DNA of 64,000 nucleotides from Cyanophora paradoxa CCMP329. Taxonomy: Eukaryota; Plantae; Glaucophyta. Shown here one piece after another: positions 13,120 through 25,292 of this stretch. How positions within the stretch are numbered: the stretch's first letter is position 1; every line of letters starts with the position of its first letter. Made by a program: the position numbers and the translations under genes. A model generated the notes under the pieces. It was given only the letters and a program-made list of their open reading frames with translations. It was not told where the DNA came from and did not search any database. The stretch spans positions 1-64,000 of the forward strand of contig QPMI01000242.1 of NCBI GenBank assembly GCA_004431415.1. The letters are read 5' to 3'.

Positions 13120-16048
13120 CCGATGGCCAACGGGGGGGCAACTGTCGCTATGGGCAGGTGCTTGCCACTGTTGATGTTTGCTTGATATTCTTGGTTGATG
13201 TTCACGCTACTTACCTCGTCAGCGCTGCTGGTATCGCCACGATGACGAATTTGGACGGATTCGAGATTGCTGGAGGTGGACGCGGGATGGTTAGTGTAGG
13301 TTCGAAGATAGGTGCTGGTACAGGCACCTCTTGCACGCGAGGGGGAGGTCGATCCCATCTTCAGACGAGGAGACAGACTTACCGGATCCGGCAAAAATGG
13401 TAATGTGTCTTAATTCCTGCAACTTGTCCTCTATTGACTAACTTTGGCTCTGGCTTTCTCTTTAAAATAAAAGCAGCAGGCTGCTCGACCGGAAGAATTG
13501 CAGAATGATGAAGCGGCAAAACAAGACACCGAGGCAGCCAACACATGTGCTGACTCTCAGGTGAGGTTCATGTCATGTGTAATTGAATTTTCGCCTGATA
13601 TTTCAGAAGCAAGATGATCAAGTGCAGAAGTCTGCTGGACTTACTCCTCCAAGAAAAGAAGAAGATGCAGAGGTGTGACTTGCTCTTACGCACCAAGCAT
13701 GCTCTGGCTTTCTCTCTCAAATAAACGCAGCTGGCTGCTCGACCGCCAGAATTGCAGAATAATGAAGTGGCAAAACAAGACACCAAGGCAGCCAATGCAT
13801 GTGCTGACTCTCAGGTGAGGTTCATGTCATGTATAATTGAATTTTCGCCTTATATTACAGTAGCAAGATAATCAAGTGCAGAAGTCTGCTGGACTTCCTC
13901 CTCCAAGAAAAGAAGAAGATGCAGAGGTGTGACTTGCTCTTACGCACCAAGCATGCTCTGGCTTTCTCTCTCAAATAAACGCAGCAGGCTGCTCGACCGC
14001 CAGAATTGCAGAATAATGAAGTGGCAAAACAAGACACCGAGGCAGCCAATGCATGTGCTGACTCTCAGGTGAGGTTCATGTCATGTGTAATTGAATTTTC
14101 GCCTGATATTATAATAGCAAGATGATCAAGTGCAGAAGTCTGCTGGACTTCCTCCTCCAAGAAAAGAAGAAGATGCAGAGGGTGTGCAACCAAGCAGCTT
14201 AACTCCGCTGGATCGTGTGCTTGGTCTTGTCGCAAACAGGTACCCAACTTAAAGCTTTTGTTCTCTAGCCTGGCAGTCTGAGTCTCATTTGGGTAAATTC
14301 CAAGGCTCTTGCCATCTCCACCGCCAGGAACCCCTTCGTCTCGAGCACCTCGTCCACTTGTGTTTCGGCTCCAGGCCAAAAATGATGGGCAAGCAAATGA
14401 TGGCGCACTTGACGATGGAGAGAAATCTATCAAGGAGCAATCAGCATGCAAATCGTGTTTTGGACTGGAAGAAGTGGATAAAAGACTTAGCTTGAAACTG
14501 GAACACGGCAAAAGGAAAATCTTGGGGAAGGGGTCTTCTGGTGTTGTGTACTCTGGCATTTATTATCCGTAAGATTTTGAAGATTCTCCCTTGCTTTTGT
14601 GCACTCACAGTAACTCGCAATGACCAGGAATTTGCTGAGCAAGGGTGAGGGTGAAGGACAAGAGGTTGCTGTCAAGGAAATATCCATTACTAAGCAAGAT
14701 CTTTTGGAACTCGAACAGGAGATTGAAAAGATTCGCAAAGAAGTAGATCTCCTTGTGAAGGTAAGAACATGAATGTGATCTCCTTGTGAAGCGTGAACAG
14801 GGAGAGAGAATGTGAAATGAAATTGCTGGCTCTTCACAATTGATGGCAATGGAAACTGCCTTACCTGTTATATACAGATTGAAGCTCGCTGATTTTGGCT
14901 TTGGAAAGCAGCTGAAAAGTCATGATGAAGACTTTCACACAGTTGCTCCAGGTAAAGAGTTTTAGTCTGGAGCCTGTCGACTCAAGCCTGAAGTTCGAAC
15001 GTGCATTGATTGATATTTTGATCTCAAGCTGTTGGGGCGAACTGCATCTGGCAAGCGCCGGAAGTGTTGGAGAAGCAATGTAACGAGGATATCCGCACTG
15101 ATATGGTAAGATTGGCATGATCTTTTTGCTCTCTCATTAATCTCTTAACAGGCAATTGATATTTGGTCTGCTGGCTGCGTTTTATTTTATATTCTGTCAG
15201 GAGGAAAGCATCCATTCTGCTGTGGCTATTTGAAAACATGGTTGGCAAAGAACCACTGGTTTCGTATTGCTACAAACATTACCGAATTGTCTGTGGATCT
15301 TGGCACACTCCCTGATGTCCAGCTCATTCCCGAGGCCAAACATCTCATAATTGACATGCTAAATCGGGACCCCTCAAAAAGGTTTTTTGTCTTTTTCTTT
15401 GAACTGTTTGGGAGACTGTCCGATGATTGATTTCAAGGCCAATTGCCAAGCAACTGGAACACCACCCTTTGTTTTGGGATAACGCCAAGAAATGCGAATT
15501 TTTATCAAAGATCTCTGATTTGATAAACGAGCAAGACAAAAAAGGCAAAGCATTAAAATTGGATGACGCAGAGCCACAACTTAAAAAGCAACTTCAAAGT
15601 ACGTTTTTTCTCTTGCTCCGAAACCACGAAAAGTTTAGTTCTCATCATGCTGCAGGATGTGTCGAGGACAAGGCTGATGTGGTTCTTCAGAAGTGTGAGA
15701 ACAGTGAATGGGCAAGCGTGTTGGATCCCTTACATGCTACTGCTGTTTTTGTGAAAGGAGATTTCAGGACAAATCTTCAGGTGACTTGAGCTGAAATCAG
15801 TTTTCTTGAGCTTCAATGATATTTGGCTGCAGGGACTTCTTCGTGCTGTAAGGAATACCAAGAACCATGTCTTAGATTGGCCTCAGAGAGTTCGCCAAAA
15901 TGTTGGTAGCACCGACTCCGAAATATTTTTGTATTTTGCAAGCAGATTCCCGGAACTCTTAATGGCCGTTTACAACTCACTCATTCCTTTTCATGACCTA
16001 GCTGAAATTACAGATTATTACTTGTGTATTAATTTGAAACATGATTAA
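13120..16048 (+). pseudogene. CCCH zinc finger + repeat linker + Ire1/RNase L-like kinase + KEN ribonuclease, disrupted
   Basis: Spliced translation gives NCRYGQRCWYRH and CWRWTRDG*CRFEDRCWYRH (C-x8-C-x5-C-x3-H, TAG at 13292). Kinase motifs LGKGSSGVVY, VAVK, KEVDLL, LADFG, WQAPE, DIWSAGC, GKHPF and HHPLFW follow, then KEN motif LLRAVRNTKNH...YFASRFPELL. The HRD catalytic loop is absent. Confidence 0.8.
13447..14181 (+). repeat. 254-bp tandem repeat (~3 copies), each holding two exons and two introns of the Ire1-like gene
   Basis: GCTCTGGCTTTCTCT at 13447, 13701 and 13955; exons encode QAARPEELQNDEAAKQDTEAAN...SQ and KQDDQVQKSAGL.PPRKEEDAE. Confidence 0.9.
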
Positions 16049-16378
16049 TCAGTACTTAAGCTTGTCATGAGTTAGATCCAGGCCCTAACAGCAGCATTAC
16101 CCGTTGAACCCCTAATCGATATCGCAATTAATTAAAGACGTCCGGCCCTCATGCGGCCCTCCCCCCTCACCTCCGGTTCGGAATGCAAGTTTAGGATTCT
16201 AGACTCGAGCACAATTTCATGCCTTCGGGCTTAGCAGCACATTGTCCCACACATCACTTGCTCGATTTGATAGTCTGTGATGTCGCTTTCAGGCGAGCAA
16301 GAATGCGGTCTCGTGTCAAAAGAGCAAGTCGTTGTGATAATCCATGGTAGAAAACGACATACCTGTGTAAGCACGAGT

Positions 16379-17579
16379 TTACTTGCGTGATTCAGCATCA
16401 AGTGACCTTGCTTTTAAGCGAGCAAGGATGCGGTCTCGAGTGCCGTGAAGCTTCTCGATCTCTGCGGCGAGCTGTGCGACGCTCTCCTCGTGCATTTCCC
16501 CTGGACTGTTAAACGGAATGCCGGAGGACCAGGTTTCCTCTCGTGCATCTTGGAGCGTCTAAACGGATGACTCAAACACAGATGCAAAATGAAAAGCGCA
16601 CTTTCATCATCCTCATGAGCATACATGTCTCCCTCATCTGCCTCATCTTCCTCATCGTCGGACACTTGCTGTAGATCCTCATCGTCAGTGAGCTCAGCCA
16701 TGTCGCAAAGCCCAGGGAATTCCTGAACACATAATCACCAGTCAGCAGGAGACTGGACATGCTTTAAGTGCATCGAACCTGTATGGCAGCCATCCTTTCG
16801 GAACGATAGATCCTCACTTCATCGAGCGCTTGAAGATGGGGCAGGCTGGCAGCCAGTCGAGGCCTGTAATCAATGTCCAGGGTGCAGGGGTTGTCGTGCA
16901 GGAGCAGGAAGCGCAGGCTGCGTGGTAATTCGTCTGCATTTGTGATTTCAATATAAGATCTAGCGATAGGCGTTTGCTTTTCGCACCCGTCTTCACATAT
17001 TTGATGTCATTGTTGGAGAGATCCACTGAGCGATCGCTGGTGAGGCGAGTTTCTCATGGATGACGAAGAGCGGGAGGCACGCACAGAACTCCAGGTTCTT
17101 CAGGATCCGGAGCCCTGACAACTCTTGTATCCGGTTGTGGCTCAGCGCGAGGAAGCGCAGGTTGGGGTGAAACTCCATGTTCTCGATGCGAGAGATCCGA
17201 TTCTGGCGGCCCTTGTTCAGCGATGCGCAAGCGTGCATCCAGGTATGCGTACGTGTTGGAGGTAGATGTTGGTGACCTGCGTCAGCGCCTCCAGGTTCTC
17301 GATGCCAACGATGCTCTCCCGGTCCAAGCGGATGTGCGTGACCTTCAAGAGCGCGGCAGCCAGGTCGTCCGCGGAACGAGACCGCGCGACCTCCTCGGCG
17401 CTCAGGCATCTCCGAATGAGCATCTTCATGTCGACCCTCGCATCGGGCGCCTTGGCGGCTTCGGGCTCGGCCACGGCTTCCGGCGCGTCCAGGGCGCCTT
17501 CAGCCTCCGGATCCGCATCTTCAGCGGCCGCTCTTGCCTTCGATTTAGCCTTACCCTTTCCTTTCGCCTTCACGGGCAT
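16379..17579 (-). CDS. SDS22-type leucine-rich repeat protein (LRRC46/PPP1R7-like), multi-exon
   Basis: LRR units IRLDRESIVGIENLEALTQVTNIYLQH|NRISRIENMEFHPNLRFLALSHNRIQELSGL..LDLSNNDI, then an acidic stretch; ATG at 17579. The 3' end is uncertain (alternative stop at 16254). Confidence 0.8.
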
Positions 17580-17809
17580 CTGCGGCGGCCGTCTGCGCTC
17601 ACTGCTCGCCGATTCCCAGCGATCGACTGTGCTGCAAGCGATCGAGTACGCCGCGGTCGGTAATTGCGAGAGCTGCACTGCGGCAGCCGCACTTCGTCGA
17701 GTCAAGAACTTCGGACCGGCCTGATCGATATCAAGTGCAAGCTTAAGGCGGCTTTGGGCAGATCAAATTTCCGCTTCTATCCCCCCTGCTTGCAAAATTG
17801 CGGCAACGG

Positions 17810-17922
17810 CCAGCTTGCTGCCAGGCTGGTGGGCTGGGCCCGCGGCTGCGGCGGCCGCAGCTGCAGTGTACATTCCCACATTTGTAGCCCGGACCTGCGT
17901 TTTTAAGTACGTGTCCAAATGC
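17810..17922 (-). mobile_element. Partial copy (terminus) of TIR element family A
   Basis: Reverse complement of GCATTTGGACACGTACT(T)AAAAACGCAGGTCCGGGCTACAA...GGGAATGTACACTGC. Confidence 0.75.
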
Positions 17923-18293
17923 TTGAACTTCGATTCAGTACTAGTGCACTCTCGAGCTCTAGATCTGCAATTGTGAATGCCGCTCTGAAGTTCTTCAGCA
18001 TGCCCAGTCGGGCTCGACCTTTCCTCATGGCCCCTCAAGGGCGCCTTGAAAAAGGTGAACTGTGCGGCTATGAGCCGCTCTCTTGCTCCTTAAAGGTACC
18101 GCAGTTCTCACAGAAGATATCGGAGTTCTACACAGAAGGTAACGCATTTCTCACAAGCATTGCGTGTAGTTCTTATTATGCGCAGTTCGCGGGGCTCAAG
18201 CCCCTTCACGATGGCGTCGAACGATGAGATTCTAGTTTTGTTGGGTTCGCGCAGCCCTGTTCGCTTGTCCCAGTGTTGTTCGCTGCGCTCACC

Positions 18294-18930
18294 ATGTCAA
18301 AAGGGAATATCAACGAGAAGCTGAATTCAGTGACGACCTCGCAGCAGGCGACGCAGTCCAAGATGACGCAGCTGGACTCCAAGATGACGCAGCTTGAGTC
18401 GAAGGTAACCGGGCTTTCTCTTCGCCCTGCTTTGCTGAGCGTGCTCGAAGGTGGAGAATGTGCAGAAAGCCGTTGAGGAGGACGCGGTGTGCCCCGCCAC
18501 CCCGCCACCCCTCTATTTTGCAAGAGTTTGCTCCTAAAATTTACATAGGGATGGCCCTTCGCTGTGTTCTCACATTGGTTCTACAAACTCAAACCAAACT
18601 GAGCAGGCAATGGCGAAATTCCCTTTCTGGATCTTTGTAGGTTTGACCGTAGTCGCTGCAATCTGTAGCTTCCTCTTCGCCATCCGATCCGGGGAAGCTT
18701 CGATAAGTTCATTCTTCAACTCTTTCTTTGGCGTGATGCCGGCCCTAGCGGCATTAACCATCCAGTTTTGGACATCATATCGCCGTCGCTTGTCTATCAG
18801 GAGCTCGCAATCGACTTTGCACAGATCACAGCGGCAGGAGGACTCTCAGCCACACCTGCAGCAGGAGACGCCACAGCAAACTGGAGAGTTGCGTCGGCGC
18901 GAACAACCTCCCCAAGAAGTCTACATCTAG
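18294..18930 (+). CDS. Small putative membrane protein: short coiled-coil plus two hydrophobic segments (copy 1)
   Basis: MSKGNINEKL...MTQLDSKMTQLESK|KAVEED...|AMAKFPFWIFVGLTVVAAICSFLFAI...FFGVMPALAALTIQFW; plausible GT-AG and GC-AG introns keep the frame. Confidence 0.45.
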
Positions 18931-19194
18931 TTTGCAGACAGGCCTGGCATTTGTACCACTCAATCTCCTACAATTCCTCCATCAAAGGCAGCAACGGGCG
19001 GGTGTTGGGCAGCAAGGACAGCACGGCAGAGGCATCGGCATTTATGACGGAGATAGCTTTAGGAATTGGTCAGGGGATGTTGTCTGGGGGACAACACCAT
19101 CACAGGAGGCGACAGTGACGGCAACGGGCCGGGAGGGAGGCCAGTAGCCCAATCTACTGAGGCTGGCAAGAAGATGGCCGCCCGGGGGACGACA

Positions 19195-19465
19195 ATTGGG
19201 ATTGGGATTGGGATTGACAGGGAGGCAGAGTAGGATTCGGGATTAGGATCGGGATTCGGGAATGCAATTGCGATTGCGATTGGGGTTGGGACTGGGATTG
19301 AGATTCAATTGGGATTGGGATTCAATTGCAGATTTGGGAGGGGATTGGGATTGGGATTGGGATTGGGACTGGGACTGGGATTCAATTGGGATTGGGATTC
19401 AATTGCAGATTTGGGAGGGGATTGGGATTGGGATTGGGACTGGGATTGGGATTCAATTGGGAATT
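19195..19465 (+). repeat. (GGGATT/GGGACT)n array with higher-order repeat
   Basis: GGGATT hexamers interrupted by the recurring spacer CAATTGCAGATTTGGGAGG. Confidence 0.9.
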
Positions 19466-20701
19466 CACTGGATTGCGATTTACGATTGCTCTTTTTACGC
19501 TACGGGCGCGGCCGGACCTCCTACCACAGCGCTTTAACTGTCTACCACTCGCCGTCAAAGTCCTCCTCTGGAACAGCCTGTGCTCGAGTGGGGGCCCGTG
19601 CTCGATTGGGGGCTCTTGGCCATGCCTTTCGCTGTCCTGTCACGGCTCTGCAATGACTGGGGCTCAGCCTTGGTGCGCGCGCATCGAATCGCGGGGGGCC
19701 AAGACCTCTCGTAGCTGAAGTCTGATGCATAGACAGGCGGCGATTCCTCTCAGCCCTCCTCCAACCCTGGGCTCACACGACGGTAGTTCATCCTGCGAGC
19801 GCCCATGGCGCTCCGTGAGCCGCTCGATTTGCAGCTCGCAAAGCAAACAAACCGTCGCTAGTCGCGTTCTGTAGGCCGCTGCAGAGAGGGCTGGCAATCG
19901 CGGCGTGAGCGCCCGAGCGGGCTCGCCGAGTGCGCTGCGAGCTCGCCGCACCTGCTATCGGCAATAGGAAAATCTAAATCCACGTCCGTGCGCTTCGAAC
20001 CCACGCCGTCGAACGACCTGCGATTTGAAAGTGGGCGCCACATGGCACCTTCGCCCCCAGGGGGCGACGCGGCCTGTACGCACCGGCAAACCGTAAATTT
20101 ATGCGTAAAAACGGCCTGCGCTAAGGCTCAAGGCGCCACTATGCGCAGCGGATCCAGACGAGTCAGTGCCAGAGAGGTGGGCGGACGGCGGCGATGGGCC
20201 CAACTCCTACATACTCACCCCTGTATTGGCCGGACTCAAGTTTTCGCACTGGTCCCGGACCCGCCCGTGCGCTGTGCGATGCACCATAGGACACACACCC
20301 TGACTCGAACAAACTCTGTAGGAGGGGGGTATAGATAGACCAGTAGTTCCGCAACACGTACCCCCTGCCGGAGCACGCAGCTGCACGCCACGGTTGTGCC
20401 TTGCAAGCGAGGGCCTTCCGGTCAAGGCTCCTTTTTGGGCAGTCAAGGGCGCCTTGAAAAAGGTGAACTGTGCGGCTATGAGCCGCTCTCTTGCTCCTTA
20501 AAGGTACCGCAGTTCTCACAGAAGATATCGGAGTTCTACACAGAAGGTAACGCATTTCTCACAAGCATTGCGTGTAGTTCTTATTATGCGCAGTTCGCGG
20601 GGCTCAAGCCCCTTCACGATGGCGTCGAACGATGAGATTCTAGTTTTGTTGGGTTCGCGCAGCCCTGTTCGCTTGTCCCAGTGTTGTTCGCTGCGCTCAC
20701 C

Positions 20702-21554
20702 ATGTCAAAAGGGAATATCAACGAGAAGCTGAATTCAGTGACGACCTCGCAGCAGGCGACGCAGTCCAAGATGACGCAGCTGGACTCCAAGATGACGCAG
20801 CTTGAGTCGAAGGTAACCGGGCTTTCTCTTCGCCCTGCTTTGCTGAGCGTGCTCGAAGGTGGAGAATGTGCAGAAAGCCGTTGAGGAGGACGCGGTGTGC
20901 CCCGCCACCCCGCCGCCCCTCTATTTCGCAAGAGTTTGCTCATAAAATTTACATAGGGATGGCCCTTCGCTGTGTTCTCACATTGGTTCTACAAACTCAA
21001 ACCAAACTGAGCAGGCAATGGCGAAATTCCCTTTCTGGATCTTTGTAGGTTTGACCGTAGTCGCTGCAATCTGTAGCTTCCTCTTCGCCATCCGATCCGG
21101 GGAAGCTTCGATAAGTTCATTCTTCAACTCTTTCTTTGGCGTGATGCCGGCCCTAGCGGCATTAACCATCCAGTTTTGGACATCATATCGCCGTCGCTTG
21201 TCTATCAGGAGCTCGCAATCGACTTTGCACAGATCACAGCGGCAGGAGGACTCTCAGCCACACCTGCAGCAGGAGACGCCACAGCAAACTGGAGAGTTGC
21301 GTCGGCGCGAACAACCCCCCAAGAAGTCTACATCTAGTTTGCAGACAGGCCTGGCATTTGTACCACTCAATCTCCTACAATTCCTCCATCAAAGGCAGCA
21401 ACGGGCGGGTGTTGGGCAGCAAGGACAGCACGGCAGAGGCATCGGCATTTATGACGGAGATAGCTTTAGGAATTGGTCAGGGGATGTTGTCTGGGGGACA
21501 ACACCATCACAGGAGGCGACAGTGACGGCAACGGGCCGGGAGGGAGGCCAGTAG
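20702..21554 (+). CDS. Copy 2 of the small membrane protein, C-terminus extended by a 1-nt deletion
   Basis: Same exons as copy 1; CCTCCCC to CCCCCC near 21315 shifts the frame so the last exon runs to 21554. Confidence 0.4.
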
Positions 21555-21601
21555 CCCAATCTACTGAGGCTGGCAAGAAGATGGCCGCCCGGGGGACGAC
21601 A

Positions 21602-22048
21602 ATTGGGATTGGGATTGGGATTGACAGGGAGGCAGAGTAGGATTCGGGATTAGGATCGGGATTCGGGAATGCAATTGCGATTGCGATTGGGGTTGGGACT
21701 GGGATTGAGATTCAATTGGGATTGGGATTCAATTGCAGATTTGGGAGGGGATCGGATTGGGATTGGGATTGGGATTGGGACTAGTACTGGGACTGGGATT
21801 CAATTGGGATTGGGATTCAATTGCAGATTTGGGAGGGGATCGGATTGGGATTGGGATTGGGATTGGGACTAGTACTGGGACTGGGATTCAATTGGGATTG
21901 GGATTCAATTGCAGATTTGGGAGGGGATTGGGATTGGGATTGGGATTGGGACTGGGACTGGGATTCAATTGGGATTGGGATTCAATTGCAGATTTGGGAG
22001 GGGATTGGGATTGGGATTGGGACTGGGATTGGGATTCAATTGGGAATT
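21602..22048 (+). repeat. Expanded (GGGATT/GGGACT)n array in unit 2
   Basis: Same motif with two additional higher-order units. Confidence 0.9.
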
Positions 22049-23808
22049 CACTGGATTGCGATTTACGATTGCTCTTTTTACGCTACGGGCGCGGCCGGAC
22101 CTCCTACCACAGCGCTTTAACTGTCTACCACTCGCCGTCAAAGTCCTCCTCTGGAACAGCCTGTGCTCGAGTGGGGGCCCGTACTCGATTGGGGGCTCTT
22201 GGCCATGCCTTTCGCTGTCCTGTCACGGCTCTGCAATGACTCGGGCTCAGCCTTGGTGCGCGCGCATCGAATCGCGGGGGGCCAAGACCTCTCGTAGCTG
22301 AAGTCTGATGCATAGACAGGCGGCGATTCCTCTCAGCCCTCCTCCAACCCTGGGCTCACACGACGGTAGTTCATCCTGCGAGCGCCCATGGCGCTCCGTG
22401 AGCCGCTCGATTTGCAGCTCGCAAAGCAAACAAACCGTCGCTAGTCGCGTTCTGTAGGCCGCTGCAGAGAGGGCTGGCAATCGCGACGTGAGCGCCCGAG
22501 CGGGCTCGCCGAGTGCGCTGCGAGCTCGCCGCACCTGCTATCGGCAATAGGAAAATCTAAATCCACGTCCGTGCGCTTCGAACCCACGCCGTCGAACGAC
22601 CTGCGATTTGAAAGTGGGCGCCACATGGCACCTTCGCCCCCAGGGGGCGACGCGGCCTGTACGCACCGGCAAACCGTAAATTTATGCGTAAAAACGGCCT
22701 GCGCTAAGGCTCAAGGCGCCACTATGCGCAGCGGATCCAGACGAGTCAGTGCCAGAGAGGTGGGCGGACGGCGGCGATGGGCCCAACTCCTACATACTCA
22801 CCCCTGTATTGGCCGGACTCAAGTTTTCGCACTGGTCCCGGACCCGCCCGTGCGCTGTGCGATGCACCATAGGACACACACCCTGACTCGAACAAAACTC
22901 TGTAGGAGGGGGGTATAGATAGACCAGTAGTTCCGCAACACGTACCCCCTGCCGGAGCACGCAGCTGCACGCCACGGTTGTGCCTTGCAAGCGAGCTCGA
23001 GGGCCTTCCGGTCAAGGCTCCTTTTTGGGCAGTCAAGGGCGCCTTGAAAAAGGTGAACTGTGCGGCTATGAGCCGCTCTCTTGCTCCTTAAAGGTACCGC
23101 AGTTCTCACAGAAGATATCGGAGTTCTACACAGAAGGTAACGCATTTAATTTCTCACAAGCATTGCGTGTAGTTCTTATTATGCGCAGTTCGCGGGGGAT
23201 CAACGCGGCTTGCAAATTGGCGCAGATCAAATTTGTTTTTTTGGCTTCTTTCGAATTCCCCCCTGCCAGGCTGCTTGCAAAATTGCGCGCGGGGCCGGGC
23301 CGGCGGCCGCGGCGACCGCGTTAACGATCTTGATCTAGATCGAGATCGTTACCCGGAAGGAAAGATCTATATCTAGATGTCTTAAGGCCTAACACATGTA
23401 TATATATGCGTATACGTACATGTATATATACGTACAGCCTCCCTCATGATCAGGGCCTGCTCGAAGTACTGTTAACGTTCTGTTTTTTTCCGAAGCCCCC
23501 CAAAGGGCCGCACATGCACATGTACAGCACTCCCTCCAGCTGTACATGTGCACCATCTCCTCTATGCACGCGCATATGTCTCCCGTGGGCGGACTTGCAA
23601 TTGCTGCAGCTGCAGGGGTGCCTGGGGCCCAGGATTGGGCGGGGTTCGTGTTTTTGATTCGAGAGGTTGCAGGCCGTCCGCCCTGGGCGGGTTGGAGTTT
23701 TATGTTTTTCATTTAGAGGGGTTGCAAGTTGGACGGTGCGAGAACTCCCACAAGAAATACATTAATAAACACCTTCACTACGTCCCTAATGAAACTTGCT
23801 AGCGCTTT

Positions 23809-25292
23809 TCACTTGGTGCCCTCAATCCGCTTGGCGCACTCCAGGGTGTTCTTCAGGAGCATGGCGATGGTCATGGGGCCCACACCGCCCGGCACGGGCG
23901 TGATGTAGCCAGCCACCTTCTTCACCTCCTCGTAGTCGACGTCGCCGACAAGGCGGTAGCCCTTTGCATTGGAGGGATCGTCCTTGGCTGCAGGAAAGAG
24001 TTCAGAAAACTTATTCTATTCAATCGGGACGTGAAAGCATTCACCATTAATGCCAACATCGATCACCGCCGCGCCAGGCTTGACCCAGTTGCCCTTGACC
24101 TTCGCGAAAGCGAGTCAGGAGCATCCAACGCGCCGCCGAGATGCTGTAGCGAACCATCTCGGGCCGGCCGACGGCAGCGATCAGAATGTCAGCCTTGCTG
24201 CAGACGCCGGGCAGGTCCTCGGTCTTCGAATGGCAAACAGTGACAGTCGCGTCGCGCTTGATGAGCAGCATCGCGGCAGGCAGGCCAACGACGTTCGAGC
24301 GGCCGAGCACGACTGCCTGCTTGCCCTTGATGGGAATGCCCATACGCTCGAGGAGCACGACGCAGCCCTGCGCACGGTTTAGACGGGCGCCTCTAACGGA
24401 GATCTGGGATGGAGGTCAAGTTGCAATGCACCAGCGGGGTGCAAGCGACGGCCAGGGGCTCAGAGCGGCCGGTCATGGATAGCCTGCCAATGTTGAGCGG
24501 ATGGAAGCCGTCGACGTCCTTCTCGAGGTCGATCGCGCTGAGAACCACCTGCGACCCAGCATGAGGCTAGCTTGCCACAGCTTAAGAGCGCGATACGAGA
24601 TGCCACTGCGCACCTCGGCGTCAATGTGCTTGGGGAGGGGCAGCTGAACAAGAATGCCGTGGACATCGGGGTTGGCGTTCAGGTCCGACACGGCCTTCAG
24701 GACCTCGTCCTGCGAGGCGGTCTCCGGCAGGTCCACGCCGAACGACACGAAGCCGACCTGCGCGGGGGATGCGAAGCCGGAGAGTCGGAATCGCAACTCG
24801 ACAGCTGCCTTCGCGCATACGTACATCGTCGCAGGCCTTCTTCTTCGAGCGCACGTAGGTAGCGGAGTCCTTGCGCTCGCCGACGAGGACGACGGCAAGG
24901 CCGGGGCGCTGCAGCCGGGCCGTCTAAGAATACGAGTCGGTACGCGCGCACGGAGCGCCTACCTTCTCACCGCGAGCGACCATGGCATCGACCTCCTTCT
25001 TGATCTCCTCCTTGATATCAGCGGAGATCTTTTTGCCGTCGATGATCTGGGCCTCGGCCCGAACGTCCGGCGCCGACATGGCGGGCAGTTGCCGCGGGGA
25101 GCGGCGCGGAACGAAGGTGGCGGCGGGTGCGGCGCCGAAGACCGAGGCCTCGGTGAACCCGAAGACGCGGCGAGTGGCCTGGCGGAGCGTGGCTGGTGTG
25201 GCCTGCGCGCACCGCTGGGCCGACGGATCGACAGTGATGGCCCCGCGCGCGGCGGAGACTGGAGCGCCTGCGACCGCGAATGCCGCTGCCAT
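23809..25292 (-). CDS. folD: Methylenetetrahydrofolate dehydrogenase/cyclohydrolase with N-terminal transit peptide
   Basis: [81 protein letters not shown]; GT-AG introns; N-terminus MAAAFAVAG. Confidence 0.95.

Larger units (their letters stand above)
18035..23197. repeat. Tandem segmental duplication: units 18035-20442 (2408 bp), 20443-23032 (2590 bp), partial third to 23197
   Basis: TCAAGGGCGCCTTGAAAAAGG at 18035, 20443 and 23033; copies are near identical and differ mainly in the GGGATT array. Confidence 0.95.

Noticed and set aside
13292-13294. TAG inside a perfect CCCH finger as evidence of stop-codon reassignment
   Set aside because: purA and MED13 appear to end at TAG, no in-frame TAG was seen in conserved genes, and this locus has other lesions.
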